Shown: positions 1 to 9,116, numbered from the stretch's first letter. The stretch is 36,972 nucleotides of DNA from an uncultured Verrucomicrobiota bacterium (GCA_964463815.1 CAYXDZ010000002.1:1-36972); one strand, 5' to 3'. Numbers and translations are program-made. Notes: generated by a model from the sequence alone, not told the origin.

Positions 1-595
1 CCGCCGGTGTGTGACCGGTGATGATCAACGGCAGCGGCTCTCCTTGATTCAACTCATGACCGGCATGCAGTCGCTCCAAAACCTTGATCAACCAGCGGCG
101 ATCCCATTCATCGAGACCGGCGCAGGGATCATCCAGCAGCAACAAGTCCGGCCGGAGCGCGAGCGCTCGGGCCAGCAAGACACGACGAGCCATCGGCGGC
201 GTGAGTTTCGCGCTGGCGAAGCGGGCATGCTTTTCAAGCTCGAGCGCGCTCAACAACTGTCCGGCGCGGTCGTCAATCTCCCGCGCGCCGCCGCCGTGAT
301 AGCGCAGCGGCAGGCGGATGTTGTCGATTACCGTGAGTTGATGGAACAAACCAGCTTCGCGGGCGAGCACCACACCAAGCCGGCGGCGTTGCTGGAGGGT
401 CGCGCTCTCCGAGGTTTCGCTCCAGTCCGTGCCGAAGCGTTCGATGCGGCCGGAGCGAACCGGTTCCAACCCCGCCAGCGAGCGCACGAGCGCCGTCTTG
501 CCCGCCGCGACACCACCCGCCACGAACCACGCTTCCCCCGGCGCGACCTCCCAATTGCCACAGTTAATCGCACCTTGAGTCGATGAGATTTGCAC
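1..595 (-). CDS. ABC transporter ATP-binding protein, MlaF-like (3' end runs off the window)
   Basis: Absent from the ORF track because it leaves the window. My reverse-complement translation of 1-595 is stop-free: VQISSTQGAINCGNWEVAPGEAWFVAGGVAAGKTALVRSLAGLEPV...KLTPPMARRVLLARALALRPDLLLLDDPCAGLDE...PLIITGH. It shows Walker A GGVAAGKT (494-517), Walker B LLLLDDP and an H-loop TGH. The signature is degenerate (LTPPMARR where MlaF has LSGGMARR). The GTG at 593-595 is my proposed start, 50 nt downstream of the MlaE stop. Confidence 0.65.
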   Translation of the reverse strand, partial: MQISSTQGAINCGNWEVAPGEAWFVAGGVAAGKTALVRSLAGLEPVRSGRIERFGTDWSETSESATLQQRRRLGVVLAREAGLFHQLTVIDNIRLPLRYHGGGAREIDDRAGQLLSALELEKHARFASAKLTPPMARRVLLARALALRPDLLLLDDPCAGLDEWDRRWLIKVLERLHAGHELNQGEPLPLIITGHTPA

Positions 596-645
596 GTCTC
601 GAAAACGAATCAAGGCACGGGTGGCTTCGGGTGGGTGAAGCGTAA

Positions 646-1500
646 TCATAACGTGCCCCCCAGCCACCAGGGCGCGACGAGCAGCGCATCCAGCAGCAGG
701 CAACCGGCGATGCCGAGCACCACCCCTTGCGTCGAGGCGGGCGCGACTTCCGCCAGGGTGAGCGGCCGCGCCAGACCCGCGTAGCAAGTGGTCACGGCGA
801 TGATGGTGCCGAATCCCGCCGTCTTGAAGCCCAGGAGGAGGAAATCAAACCAGCTCAAGGAACCGGCAATCTCCCCGGCGAAGGTTTCCAGGGTGAGCGG
901 CACATCGGACAAGAACACAAAGACGAACCCAAACCCCAGCGTGCCCATGATGAGATAAACCGTGAGCGCGAGGACGGCGGTGGCCAGTCCGATGATGCGC
1001 GGTACGACGAGGTAGTGGATGGGATCAATCGCCAGTGCTTCCAGAGCCTCGACTTCACCGAGCGCGCGGGACGTGCCGAGTTGGACGACGGTGTTCGTGC
1101 CCGAACGACCGAGCACGAGGAAAGCGGTGATCAAGGGCGCGAGTTCGCGAATGACGACCATTACCACGAGCGGACCGATCAACTGCGTGGCCCCGAGTTG
1201 GGTCAGCAGCGCCACGATCTGGCCAACCACCACCAGACCGAAGGCCGCGGCGACGGCCAATCCGAGCGGCAGCAACCGCAGACCGTTTTGCGCCACCTGC
1301 TCCACCACGAGCGAACGGATCAACGGTCGGGCCGTCCCCCGTTTGGAAACCAGCGCAACCACCGAGATGAGCGCGAAGGCGATCAACCCCTTGACCGTGT
1401 CCACGGACGCCAGCGCGCGGCGACCAGCCAGTTGCAGCAGCGGTCGGCGGCGCGGGACTCGAACGGTGGCTGAAGCGGCGACGGTCATGAGTTTGATCAC
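646..1500 (-). CDS. mlaE: MlaE-family ABC transporter permease (lipid/organic-solvent transport type)
   Basis: 284 aa polytopic membrane ORF with the family-typical core IRELAPLITAFLVLGRSGTNTVVQLGTSRALGEVEALEALAIDPIHYLVVPRIIG. Followed 50 nt later by the ATPase gene. Confidence 0.85.
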   Translation of the reverse strand: MIKLMTVAASATVRVPRRRPLLQLAGRRALASVDTVKGLIAFALISVVALVSKRGTARPLIRSLVVEQVAQNGLRLLPLGLAVAAAFGLVVVGQIVALLTQLGATQLIGPLVVMVVIRELAPLITAFLVLGRSGTNTVVQLGTSRALGEVEALEALAIDPIHYLVVPRIIGLATAVLALTVYLIMGTLGFGFVFVFLSDVPLTLETFAGEIAGSLSWFDFLLLGFKTAGFGTIIAVTTCYAGLARPLTLAEVAPASTQGVVLGIAGCLLLDALLVAPWWLGGTL

Positions 1501-1504
1501 GTCT

Positions 1505-2902
1505 TCAAGTGGCGCGGCAGATGAACTCCTCGAACTTGCCGCCCGGCCCGCGCGGAATCGGCTGGGTGAGCCATTCGTACCGGACGTTGAACGGATGTCC
1601 CAAGCCGTTCTGGATGATCGTGGTCAGGCGGGACTCCTGTTCCGCCGTGGGCCGGCCGGGGGCGACGAACCGGGCGATGATGGTCTGGCGGTCCGGCTGG
1701 ATGAACTGAAACTGCCGGACGGGAAACACCGCCCCCCAACTGGCAAAACCGCACACCGGCCAGTGCCGGGAACCATCGGGCAGCAGCACGAGATTCCGTT
1801 GCCGACCGACGAAGCGCTTGATCGGAGTGAGGCCGCGCCCGCATGCGCAGGGTTCCGCGACTTCGGCGTAATCGCCAATTTCGTAGCGGATAAGCGGCGT
1901 GGCGTAGTTGACCAGTTGCGTGAGCAGAATCCGGCCGGTCTGACCCGGCGCACAGGGTTGGCCGGCGTCATCCACGACTTCCATGATGATCTGTTCCGAA
2001 ACGTGATAGTTGCCCTGTTCGGGACATTGCATGGCGATGACGCCGCCTTCCATCGAGCTGTAAACATCCTGCACCTCCACGCCGAGCAGCCGCCAGACTT
2101 CTTCGCGCAAATAGGGCGTCACCGTCTCGCTGAGTGTGCGGACGCCGCGCATGTCCGGCAACCGCCGGCCGGTGCGTTCGAGTTCGGCGACGATCTCGAT
2201 CAAAGTGCTGGGCAGCGAGAGCAGGTAATGCGGCGAAAACTCCGTCAGCCAGCGCACCAGATCCTCGATCGAATATTTGAACGGCCGGGTGGCGGAGCGA
2301 CCAGTGCGGAAGAGCAGACTGCACGGTGAACCCCAATCAGGTGCATCCGACTCCTTGAAAACATTGGCCCGCACAATGGCGAGCCGGCCCGAAAAGTCGC
2401 GCCGATGCCAGAGATGTTCGCGCAAGGTCAGCGCCAGCCAGTTAAGCGAAAAGTGCTGCGTTCGCCGCACGGTGACGGGTTCCCCCGTGGAGCCGGTAGT
2501 GCTGGCCGAATCCACCTGGCCATGCTCGCGAGGCACGGAACGGCAGAAGAGTGATTCACGCGCTGAGACCAGTTGGCGGCGGGTCAGGGGCGGCAGTGCT
2601 TGCAGACCGCCGGGCGCGGCCAGTTCGTCGGGCGTGAGACCGGCCGCTTTGAGTCGTTTCTCAAAATGCGGGGACTGCTTCGCGGCGTGACGGGCCAGGG
2701 CGCGCAGCCATTCGCGCTGCCGGGCGGCCAGATCGGGGGCGGGCAGACGCTCGTTTACCGCGCACTCTTCCAACATGGCCAGGAGCCGTTCGCCGCCGTT
2801 GCGCGTCCGCACTTCCGGCGGCAGCAGCAACGGATGACCGCGCACCTGCTCAAGCCAGCCCGCACTCAGGGCTGGGGGGTGAGGCAAAACACCGGACAAC
2901 AT
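1505..2902 (-). CDS. Adenylate-forming enzyme of the phenylacetate-CoA ligase / coenzyme F390 synthetase (PaaK-like) family
   Basis: 465 aa ORF with the AMP-binding P-loop-like motif STTGSTGEPVTVRRT and a C-terminal PaaK-type region (YEIGDYAE...CACGR, GPGGKFEEF). The stop lies 4 nt before the mlaE start. The start is uncertain: the ATG at 2902 overlaps the upstream gene by 37 nt, and an internal Met (MLEE...) is possible. Confidence 0.75.
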   Translation of the reverse strand: MLSGVLPHPPALSAGWLEQVRGHPLLLPPEVRTRNGGERLLAMLEECAVNERLPAPDLAARQREWLRALARHAAKQSPHFEKRLKAAGLTPDELAAPGGLQALPPLTRRQLVSARESLFCRSVPREHGQVDSASTTGSTGEPVTVRRTQHFSLNWLALTLREHLWHRRDFSGRLAIVRANVFKESDAPDWGSPCSLLFRTGRSATRPFKYSIEDLVRWLTEFSPHYLLSLPSTLIEIVAELERTGRRLPDMRGVRTLSETVTPYLREEVWRLLGVEVQDVYSSMEGGVIAMQCPEQGNYHVSEQIIMEVVDDAGQPCAPGQTGRILLTQLVNYATPLIRYEIGDYAEVAEPCACGRGLTPIKRFVGRQRNLVLLPDGSRHWPVCGFASWGAVFPVRQFQFIQPDRQTIIARFVAPGRPTAEQESRLTTIIQNGLGHPFNVRYEWLTQPIPRGPGGKFEEFICRAT

Positions 2903-3723
2903 GGGGCGAAAGGGTAGTGACCGGCCGGACCGACGGCGAGCGAGAAGCGCGCGAAGGTTTGGGCCAGTTCCGTCAGGTCCGGAAAAACGTAGCGAGCTTC
3001 GCGTTCCCGGTAGGCGTCGATGGTGGCAATGACTTCGAGCGGACAGCCCAGCCGGGCGGCCAAGGCTTCACGATCGGGAAACCACCGTTGAAAGCATTCC
3101 CAAACGTCCGCCAGGCGCACGCCCGTTGCGGTTTCGGCGAGCGCCATCACCAATCGCAGTTTCAACTCATGAAAGCTCCGGATATTTCCCGTCTTGAGGG
3201 CGTCAACCAAGTCCGCGGGTAATTCGGCCGGCACCGGCCGGATGAAGTGACGCATCACCACGCGACCGGCTGGTCGCAGCACGCGACGAAGTTCACGCCC
3301 CAGCGCGGCGAGTTGCCCCGGTACCGCCAAGGGCACGAGCCCGCCATCGCTCACGATGAGGTCAAAGGTGTCGGCGGCAAAAGGCAGCTCCTGCCAACTC
3401 GCTTGAACTGCCTGGCGATTCGGTCCGTCGCCCGGCCAGACGGAACGAATCATCACCTCGCTCGCGTCGGCGGCGGTAAGGAAGTAATCCTCGGCCCAGC
3501 CAAAACTTGCGATCGCCGGCGTAACGCCCAGCGAGAGCATCTCCACGCGCCGGGCGGGTGGTCCCACCGGGGTGAGCGAGTTCAACCATGCGGTCTGCAA
3601 TCGTTGAAGATCCTCCAACGCGGGTCGAAGAGGCGGACCCAGCCGGCTCCATTGCCGCGCGTGCGCCGCCCACGGCTCGGCGCGCAAACCGTCACGACCT
3701 GATGCGTCGGGTGTTGACTTCAT
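2866..3723 (-). CDS. Class I SAM-dependent methyltransferase-like protein
   Basis: Core motifs FDLIVSDGG and LRRVLRPAGRVVM (post-motif II/III style), with a degenerate motif I (EMLSLGVTP). I start it at the ATG at 3721-3723 (MKSTPDAS...). The 370 aa track ORF would otherwise run 190 nt into hemC with an Arg/Ala-rich, noncoding-looking N-terminus. Confidence 0.55.
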   Translation of the reverse strand: MKSTPDASGRDGLRAEPWAAHARQWSRLGPPLRPALEDLQRLQTAWLNSLTPVGPPARRVEMLSLGVTPAIASFGWAEDYFLTAADASEVMIRSVWPGDGPNRQAVQASWQELPFAADTFDLIVSDGGLVPLAVPGQLAALGRELRRVLRPAGRVVMRHFIRPVPAELPADLVDALKTGNIRSFHELKLRLVMALAETATGVRLADVWECFQRWFPDREALAARLGCPLEVIATIDAYREREARYVFPDLTELAQTFARFSLAVGPAGHYPFAPCCPVFCLTPQP

Positions 3724-3787
3724 TAACCATCCGTTCTGGGCCACAAAGCTCGGGCGTGGAGATACACCCAAAACCACCAAAGCGAAC

Positions 3788-4738
3788 TCAGGCCAGGCGA
3801 GGAGCATCAATGGTGGCCGCCACGGTGCGGCCGACTTCGATCCCCTGCCCCGGCGTGCCCGAACCGGCGGCATGATTCCCCCGGCCCGTCTGAAAGGAAA
3901 CCGCCGCGAACTGCAACGTGCCATCGCGCAAGGTGGCGTGCGCCGCGACCGGGCTCTGGCAGCCGCCGCCCATCGCATTGAGAAACGCCCGTTCAGCTAC
4001 GACGCAATGCCAGGTGTCGGCATGATTCAACCGGTCGCAGATGCCTTGCAGCTCCGGATCATCCGCCCGGATCTCGATGCCCACCGCCGCCTGACCGACA
4101 GCGGGAATCATCTCGGTCTCGGAAATTGGTATCGCGCGGATTCCCGCCGGCACATCCGGTCCGGAAAGTGCGCCCTCCGGACTGATTTGGTAGCCCAGCC
4201 GGTTCAGGCCAGCGGCGGCCAAAACGGTCGCGTGAAACTCGGCGCTTTCCGCAACCTTGCGCAACCGGGTGCCGACGTTGCCGCGAATCTCGGTGCATCT
4301 AAGGTCGCTTCGCAGCTCCTTCAACTGGGCCTGCCGACGGGTGCTGCTGCTAGCCACCAGCGCACCTTCCGGGAGGTCGGCCAAGGATTTTGCTGGATGC
4401 CGCAGAATTAAGACATCGCGCGGATCTTCGCGCCGGGTGACCGCGCCCAGCTTGAGTCCATCGGGCAGTTCGGTGGGCAGATCCTTGAGGCTGTGAACGG
4501 CAAGGTCGGCGCTGCCGTCGAGCAGGGCGACTTCAAGTTCCTTGGTGAAAAGCCCCTTGGGCAGTTTGGCGTCCGGGTTGGCCAGCGACGCGGTCTGCAA
4601 TTTGTCTCCCGTGGTCTTGATTATCTTCAGCTCAAAGGCGCGCTCCGGGAAGGCGGCGCGGCAATCGGCGAGCACGCGGTTGGCCTGAGCGAGAGCCAGC
4701 GCACTGCCCCGGGTGGCGATGTAGATGGGCCGGGTCAT
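3788..4738 (-). CDS. hemC: Porphobilinogen deaminase (hydroxymethylbilane synthase)
   Basis: 316 aa. N-terminus IYIATRGSALALAQAN...LKIIKTTGDK, with SLKDLPTELP and GGCQSPVAAHA (cofactor Cys region), all typical of HemC. The start is 6 nt downstream of the hemA stop. Confidence 0.93.
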   Translation of the reverse strand: MTRPIYIATRGSALALAQANRVLADCRAAFPERAFELKIIKTTGDKLQTASLANPDAKLPKGLFTKELEVALLDGSADLAVHSLKDLPTELPDGLKLGAVTRREDPRDVLILRHPAKSLADLPEGALVASSSTRRQAQLKELRSDLRCTEIRGNVGTRLRKVAESAEFHATVLAAAGLNRLGYQISPEGALSGPDVPAGIRAIPISETEMIPAVGQAAVGIEIRADDPELQGICDRLNHADTWHCVVAERAFLNAMGGGCQSPVAAHATLRDGTLQFAAVSFQTGRGNHAAGSGTPGQGIEVGRTVAATIDAPRLA

Positions 4739-4744
4739 ATCAGA

Positions 4745-5803
4745 TCAGGTGGCACCGGCCGATTGCTGTTCCGTCGAAGAGATGTCCGCAGCGGCGGGCC
4801 GGGCAAAGAGACCGGCGGCTTTCTCGCGAATGATCGCTTCGCAGCGGGCCACTTCCACATGGCGTTGCTTCAAGTAATCGTCCGCGATCGCCTGGAGGTC
4901 ATCGATGTTGTAGAGGAAAATGTTCTCCATGAAGTTGACTTCGGGCTCGATGTCGCGTGGCACAGCGATGTCGATCAAGAGCAGCGGCCGGCCCTCCCGC
5001 GCGGGCAGCAGCGGCTCCAGCCGGCGGCGGTCGATCACATAATGCGGGGCCGAGGTGCTGCTGATCAAAATGTCCACACTGGCGAACTCGGCCGACCAGT
5101 CATCGAAACGGATCGCCTGGCCGCCCAGTGCTTCGGCAAGCGCCACCGCCCGTTCGTGGGAACGGTTGGAGACGAGGACGCTGTGTGCGCCCCGCGAGAG
5201 CAAGGCGCGGGCGGTCTTTTCGCTCGTGTCACCCGCGCCGATGACCAGAACTTTTTTGTCCTGCAAACGGTCGAAAATCTTCTCGGCCAGCTCGACGGCG
5301 GCCGAGGCCACGGAGACGCTGCCGCGCTGGATGTTCGTCTCGGTGCGGATTTGCTTGGCGACGTTGAAGGCACGTTGAAAGGCCCGGTTGAGCACCTTGC
5401 CGGTGTAGTGATGCTGGAGCGCGAGATCGTAGGCCTGCTTGAGCTGGCCGAGGATTTCCGTTTCCCCGAGCAACATGCTGTCGAGACCGCTGGCCACTTT
5501 GAAGAGATGCTCGAGGCAGGCGGATTCGCGGTGGGCATAAACCTCTTCGCCAAGCTCGCCCTCGAAGCCACGGATTTGCAGAAGAAACGCGCGGAGGCGC
5601 CGATGCAATTCCTCCGGCGGCAGCGGGCCGGCGGCGTAGAGTTCAACGCGGTTGCAAGTCGAGAGAATGACGGCCTCGTCGAGAAATCCCGTCGCGCGCA
5701 GGCGTCCCAGCACATCGGGGATCTCGCTCTCCGCAAAGGCAAACCGTTCCCGCACCGGGACGGGCGCGGTGCGGTGGTTCAGGCCAATGACGACAACGGA
5801 CAT
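4745..5803 (-). CDS. hemA: Glutamyl-tRNA reductase (short C-terminus)
   Basis: 352 aa. VVIGLNHRTAPVPVRERFAF, ILSTCNRVELY (catalytic Cys), NADPH-site VLVIGAGDTSEKTA, and FLYNIDDL. Confidence 0.93.
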   Translation of the reverse strand: MSVVVIGLNHRTAPVPVRERFAFAESEIPDVLGRLRATGFLDEAVILSTCNRVELYAAGPLPPEELHRRLRAFLLQIRGFEGELGEEVYAHRESACLEHLFKVASGLDSMLLGETEILGQLKQAYDLALQHHYTGKVLNRAFQRAFNVAKQIRTETNIQRGSVSVASAAVELAEKIFDRLQDKKVLVIGAGDTSEKTARALLSRGAHSVLVSNRSHERAVALAEALGGQAIRFDDWSAEFASVDILISSTSAPHYVIDRRRLEPLLPAREGRPLLLIDIAVPRDIEPEVNFMENIFLYNIDDLQAIADDYLKQRHVEVARCEAIIREKAAGLFARPAAADISSTEQQSAGAT

Positions 5804-5807
5804 GTGA

Positions 5808-6623
5808 TTAGTGCAGATCCGACAACAGATTGGTGCCCCAGAAAGTCAGCATGACGAACACAAACGCCCCGGCGGAACCCCAGGCCAGCCGGTGGCCGTT
5901 GAGCCGCCGTCGCCAATGCATGACCACCAGCGCGCCATACAGGAACCAGACAAAAATCGACCAGAGAAACTTGGCGTCGCCATAGATCTCCGCCGGCCGC
6001 CGGTCCCCGATGATAAAGGGGGACATGGCCAGCCCGCTCGTCAGCAGGAGAAGACCGGCAACCAACAGACGCCTGTTCACCACCTCCAGGCGCTGAATCG
6101 AAGGCAGCAGGGACTGGATTGCCATGGTCTTGCGGAACTTGAGATTGTGCTCCTGCGTGAGATACATGACGGCCGCCACACTCGCCACGCCAAAGGCACC
6201 GTAACCCAGCAGGATCAGGGCGGCGTGCAACGAAACCGGTCCATTGACATATCGAGGAACTTCCGTGACCGGGTCCAATCCCGGGAAGAGCGCAAAAACG
6301 CCGATGCCAAAAAGGAGCGGCGAGGCGAACGCACCGACAAATCGCAGTCTCGGCCATAATCCCACGACGAGGTACATGCCGACCAGCGCCCACATGAAAA
6401 AAGCCGTCGCTTCATAAAGGTTGTCAATGGGGCAGCGGTTCAGTGACAGACCGCGTTTGATCATGGCGGTGAAATGGAAACAGAAGCCCGTGGCGATCAG
6501 CCCATAGGAAACCCAGTCGTCCTTGCGGAAGCCACGCCGCCACAGGAAGACCGTGTAAAAGGCGCTGATCCCGTAAACGATCACGGCCGTCAGGAACCAG
6601 TATTTGTCAGCGGACCACGCCAT
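5808..6623 (-). CDS. Cytochrome c assembly family membrane protein (CcsA/HemX-like)
   Basis: 271 aa polytopic membrane ORF sitting 4 nt upstream of hemA, in the same hemX-hemA arrangement known from Bacillus hemAXCDBL. I did not see a canonical WGxxWxWD heme-handling motif, so this is a family-level call only. Confidence 0.75.
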   Translation of the reverse strand: MAWSADKYWFLTAVIVYGISAFYTVFLWRRGFRKDDWVSYGLIATGFCFHFTAMIKRGLSLNRCPIDNLYEATAFFMWALVGMYLVVGLWPRLRFVGAFASPLLFGIGVFALFPGLDPVTEVPRYVNGPVSLHAALILLGYGAFGVASVAAVMYLTQEHNLKFRKTMAIQSLLPSIQRLEVVNRRLLVAGLLLLTSGLAMSPFIIGDRRPAEIYGDAKFLWSIFVWFLYGALVVMHWRRRLNGHRLAWGSAGAFVFVMLTFWGTNLLSDLH

Positions 6624-6655
6624 GCCCGAAGCTTAGGGGCGCGCTTTCGCGCGGT

Positions 6656-8011
6656 TCAAGGGGAGATTTGCCCGGCCGCTGGCACGCCGCGCGTGTCACG
6701 GATGAAATTCAAACCAGCCCCCAGGGATTGCCCCGAGCGCAGACTGAACCCGGCGATCACCCCCGTGGTACGCGCGGCCGATACCGAAGTGCCCGCCATG
6801 AAATAAGGAACACCCGTCAACGTGACGATGCTGCTGCCCGGCATGGCGACGTCAACGAACGAAGCGAAATTGGCGTACGAGGCAAGCTGCCCGTTGGGGT
6901 TGGTGGCGGTGACGGCCAGGACGTTCGGATGCGCGGCCGGATAAGTCGGCTGGCCGTCCGGCGTGTTGCCCGAGGGCGCGACGATGACCGCTCCCTGGGC
7001 GGTCAGTTGATCGAGGATGCGGTTCAACCAGTCGCTGGAACTCTTCGAGCCGATGCTGGCGTTGATCAGGGACGCACCCTGGTTGTAAACCTCCACCAAC
7101 CCCTGTCCCAACTGGAAGGTCGAAGTGAATTCCTGGGCACCGAACACATCGGCGTTGATGATCCGGAAGCCTGCCTCCGCTCCCCCGAGGGCCGCCGCCA
7201 CTTCGTTCAGCACATTGTTTAACATGGCCTCCCCGTGGGTGGGCGCGGCGCCTGTCGGTGAGTATTCACCGGCAATGGAAATGCCCGGCAACATGAGCTG
7301 AGCAAGCTCCCCCGGTGGCGGACGAATGGCGGTGTCAACAATACCGATGGTCAGCAAACCGCCGGCATCCCCGGCCGCCGCGCGAATCTTGGGCAGGGCC
7401 GCGCCACCGAATGACAACGGCTGAAGCGCGGCCGGCCGGTCGATGGCGTAATTGGCATCCACGCTTTCCACCGACTCATCGGCATCCAGCAACGCCCGCG
7501 CGGCGGCGGCGGCGGCGGCGTCCTCAAACTTGAGGCGATAGGTTCCCAACTCATCGAGGCGGCCGACTATTTTCGCCCCGAGCTTGCGAGCGAGTTCCTC
7601 CGCGTCGGTCCCGGTTTTGAGCGTGACGATCCATTCATCTTCGAGGCGCTTATTGGACTCGTCATTTGACTCGGCCGCCTCCAACACGGACTCGGTGGCG
7701 CGCTCCAGGGAAGTGTCGAAGACCAGCAGGCGCGGGGCGGCGTTGGTGCGATGGATCAGGGCGAAACTGGCCGGCCGGAGGAGTCGCGGCAAAGCCTCCC
7801 CTGACTTCAACCCGGAAAATGTTGTCGAAATGGAGTGCTGGACGCCGGGCTCGACGGCAACCTCCCAACCGGTCGCCACCCGAATCTGTTGCAAAACCAG
7901 CTTCAGCGGAGCATCCAGCAAGTCGGCGCTCACCCGGTCCCCAGCGGCATCCCAGCGGAATTCATGAGCCTGCATGGACCCCGGCAAGGACAGACAAACC
8001 GCGACCGCCAT
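6656..8011 (-). CDS. Secreted subtilisin-like serine protease (S8) with an N-terminal STN-like domain and an I9-like propeptide
   Basis: Catalytic triad contexts IGIVDTAI (Asp), PTHGEAMLN (His) and MAGTSVSAARTTG (Ser). Propeptide-like segment EWIVTLKTGTDAEELARKLGAKIVGRLDELGTYRLKF. STN-like segment at about 7718-7936. I prefer the start at the ATG at 8009-8011 (MAVAVCLSLPGSMQAHE, signal-peptide-like) over the track start at 8122. Confidence 0.85.
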   Translation of the reverse strand: MAVAVCLSLPGSMQAHEFRWDAAGDRVSADLLDAPLKLVLQQIRVATGWEVAVEPGVQHSISTTFSGLKSGEALPRLLRPASFALIHRTNAAPRLLVFDTSLERATESVLEAAESNDESNKRLEDEWIVTLKTGTDAEELARKLGAKIVGRLDELGTYRLKFEDAAAAAAARALLDADESVESVDANYAIDRPAALQPLSFGGAALPKIRAAAGDAGGLLTIGIVDTAIRPPPGELAQLMLPGISIAGEYSPTGAAPTHGEAMLNNVLNEVAAALGGAEAGFRIINADVFGAQEFTSTFQLGQGLVEVYNQGASLINASIGSKSSSDWLNRILDQLTAQGAVIVAPSGNTPDGQPTYPAAHPNVLAVTATNPNGQLASYANFASFVDVAMPGSSIVTLTGVPYFMAGTSVSAARTTGVIAGFSLRSGQSLGAGLNFIRDTRGVPAAGQISP

Positions 8012-8277
8012 GATCGCCCACCAGTCGTAACCGCGATGAACTTGAGGCTGCAAACAGGCACCCGTAACCGCTCTTTCGGACAGGCGGGAACGGAGTTGGT
8101 GAGTGTCGGCTGCGTGATCCACGTGACGTGACCTTAGTGCGAGAATCCCGCTCTGTCAGGTGTTAAGCTTTGCTTTGGGCGTGGAAAAACCGGCGGGAAT
8201 TCGCAGGATTTCGCGCAATTGCCGCGAGTTTCAGCTTGAAACCGGGCGGTGGGTTTTGCTACCACCCTCTCCATTCT

Positions 8278-9033
8278 ATGGCAGCAATCGGCCGATTCCA
8301 AAAGGGTGACGACATCTTCCACGCCAAGGTAGTTGATGGCGAACTGTACCGCCTGAAAGGGGATGTGTTCGGATCACCCTCCTTCGAGAAGAAGCCGACC
8401 AAGCTCAAAGGTCTGCGCACGCTCACGCCGGTCGCCCCCTCCAAAGTCATCGCCGTGGGACTGAATTACGCCGATCACGCACGTGAGTCCGGCAAGCCGC
8501 TGCCGAAGGAACCGCTGTTCTGGCTGAAGGCGCCGACTTCCCTCATTCCGGACGGGGGCAAGATTGAAGTGCCGTTCGCGGAGCACCGCACGGACTTTGA
8601 GGCCGAACTCGCGATCATTATTGGTCGGCGCGTCCGCAACGTGGCCCCGGCGGCGGCGGCGCGCTACATCTTTGGCTACACCGCCGCGCAGGACATCAGT
8701 GACCGGACGATTCAGAACGCGGAAAGCCAGTGGGCCCGGGCGAAATCCTTCGACACGTTCACGCCGCTGGGGCCGTACGTGGAGACCAAGATCGACCCGC
8801 ACAACCTGACCATCCAGCTTTTCCAGAACGGCCAGTTGCGCCAGAACTCGAACACCAGCCAGTTGATCTTCAACTGCTACGAAGTTGTCTCCTTCATCAG
8901 CACGAACATGACCCTGTTGCCCGGCGATGTCATTCTTACCGGCACGCCGAGCGGCGTCGGCCCGATTGAGTCCGGCGACCGGCTGGAAGTCCGGATTCAG
9001 GGACTCTCGCCGCTGGTGAACACGGTGAAATAG
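8278..9033 (+). CDS. Fumarylacetoacetate hydrolase (FAH) family protein
   Basis: KVIAVGLNYADHARE, EVPFAEHRTDFEAELAIIIG, GYTAAQDISDR, AKSFDTFTPLGP and PGDVILTGTPSGVGPI are all FAH-fold hallmarks. Start chosen at the ATG at 8278 (MAAIGRF...). Confidence 0.88.
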   Translation: MAAIGRFQKGDDIFHAKVVDGELYRLKGDVFGSPSFEKKPTKLKGLRTLTPVAPSKVIAVGLNYADHARESGKPLPKEPLFWLKAPTSLIPDGGKIEVPFAEHRTDFEAELAIIIGRRVRNVAPAAAARYIFGYTAAQDISDRTIQNAESQWARAKSFDTFTPLGPYVETKIDPHNLTIQLFQNGQLRQNSNTSQLIFNCYEVVSFISTNMTLLPGDVILTGTPSGVGPIESGDRLEVRIQGLSPLVNTVK

Positions 9034-9116
9034 ACGGCCGATTCTCTTTGTCAACGGGCCGCCCTGGGCTTGCTCCCCGGCGGCCCGTTTGTTTAGCTCC
9101 CACCTCATTTGTTATT

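Noticed and set aside
3724-3978. N-terminal extension of the methyltransferase ORF (370 aa version in the track)
   Set aside because: The extension overlaps the 3' end of hemC by up to 190 nt and is Arg/Ala/Pro-rich (MRWAAAARARSRRTPPCAMARC...). The internal ATG at 3723 gives a clean start after hemC.
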